From Felis catus (taxonomy: Eukaryota): DNA of 64,000 nt. Shown piece after piece: positions 62,785-64,000 of this stretch. The notes under the pieces were generated by a model. The model saw only the letters and a program-made list of their open reading frames with translations. It was not told the origin of the DNA and ran no database searches. The stretch is from NCBI RefSeq assembly GCF_018350175.1, contig NC_058368.1, positions 232,502,001 to 232,566,000 of the forward strand, in the 5' to 3' direction. The translations under genes and the position numbers were made by a program. Position 1 is the stretch's first letter. The number at the start of each line of letters is the position of its first letter.

Positions 62785-63985
62785 TAAAACTTCCTGGCTT
62801 CTACAATAAAACAGGAGGAAATTGATTGTATCTAAGAATAGGCAAGGACTTTTTAGATGTGGCCCTATAAGCCATTATATACCGATATATATAAGCTTAT
62901 ATATATATAAGTTATATATTTACATATATAAATATATACTTATATATACTTATATATATAAGCCCTTATGATACTGATAACTGCACTTCATCAAATTAGA
63001 AGAAAATATTTGCAACTCATTCATCTGGTAAAGAATGCATAGCCAGAATATATAAAGACCTGTTACAATTCAATAACTGTAATTCAACAAATTTGTCAAG
63101 TTAAAAAATAAGTAAAATATTTGAAAACAATTTCACAAAGGACGATTTGAGAATAGCTAATAAGCACATGAAAATACGTACACCATCGTTAGTCACTTGG
63201 GAAATGCAAGTTGAAGTCACAATGAAATACCCCTATATACACACTAGGGAAGCTATAATAATAATAATAATAAAAGATGGAGTTTACAAAGTGCTAAAAA
63301 GGACTTATATTACAAAAAAAACCACAACTAGACCTGTTGTTTATTGCTGTTAAGAATGTAGAATGGCACTTTGGAAGACAGTTTGGCAGCTTTTTACAGT
63401 ATTAAACATACACTTATCAAGTGGCCCAACGATTCCATCCCGAGTCTAACCCACGAGAAATGAAAACCTATGTTCACACAGACTTGCAGGTGGAATCTGA
63501 CAGTGGCATTATTCATGACAGTCAAAATCACGTGCCATCGGTAAATAGAGAAACAATATGGTAAATCAATCCATCGGTAAATAGAGAAACAATATGAAGT
63601 ATAGCCACATATTGCAATATTACTCATTAATAAAACAGAGCAAACTAGTGATACGTGCAACAACACAGAAGTGCCTCCACAAGACTATGCTAAGGGAAAG
63701 AAGCCAGTCACAAAGACTGTCCACTGTAGAATTCTACTAATATGAAATGTCTAGACACAGCACAATTATAGAGACAGCCACCAAATTCGTGGTTATCCGG
63801 GCGAAGGGTTTGGTTAGCAATCGGGATTAGCTGAAAAACAGACACAAGAAATCTAAAACTGAGTTGTGCTATGAAGATTGCGTGACTCCCTCAATTTTCT
63901 AAAACGCACTGAATGGTACATTTTCAGTGGGTGGAATTTTGGTATGTAAACGACAACTTAAGACAGTGATTTAAAACCACAGCTT
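62785..63985 (+). mobile_element. Old LINE-1 fragment (ORF2 end plus 3'UTR, L1M-class) with TA-rich insert (~62875-62960)
   Basis: gaaaatatttgcaactcat...gctaataagcacatgaaaa...cactttggaagacagtttggcag...gaaatgaaaacctatgttcacaca...tatgctaagggaaagaagccagtcacaaa. Confidence 0.88.
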
Positions 63986-64000
63986 GGACAGTGTAATTCA

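Noticed and set aside
1..64000. A previously undescribed multi-gene biological system
   Set aside because: No recognisable coding genes, RNA genes, numt or proviral internal sequence; the structure I can see is explained by known mammalian repeats and probable regulatory DNA.

Overview
Mammalian nuclear DNA, almost certainly from a felid. About 37 tRNA-derived carnivore SINEs (CAN-SINE/SINEC) are present, six of them a nearly identical, CpG-intact young type with near-perfect target-site duplications (TSDs). The window also holds many L1/L2/MIR/MLT1/MER remnants, microsatellites and two well-delimited endogenous-retrovirus solo LTRs (379 bp with a 5-bp TSD; 1090 bp, betaretrovirus-like, with a 6-bp TSD). 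The only gene-associated landmark I can support is a CpG/GC-rich promoter-like island at ~1.3-1.9 kb, probably the non-coding first exon of a minus-strand gene that leaves the window to the left. The remaining ~62 kb looks intergenic or intronic. I recognise no protein-coding gene; most listed ORFs are translations of repeats or chance ORFs. I found no evidence for a new biological system. The best observations concern retrotransposon mechanics (twin-primed L1, nested SINEs, a ~50-bp flanking duplication, a tail-only insertion), the two solo LTRs, a repeat-poor candidate enhancer, a higher-order minisatellite and speculative spliced transcripts. Repeat family names are from memory of consensus sequences, not from a search, and old-repeat boundaries are approximate.
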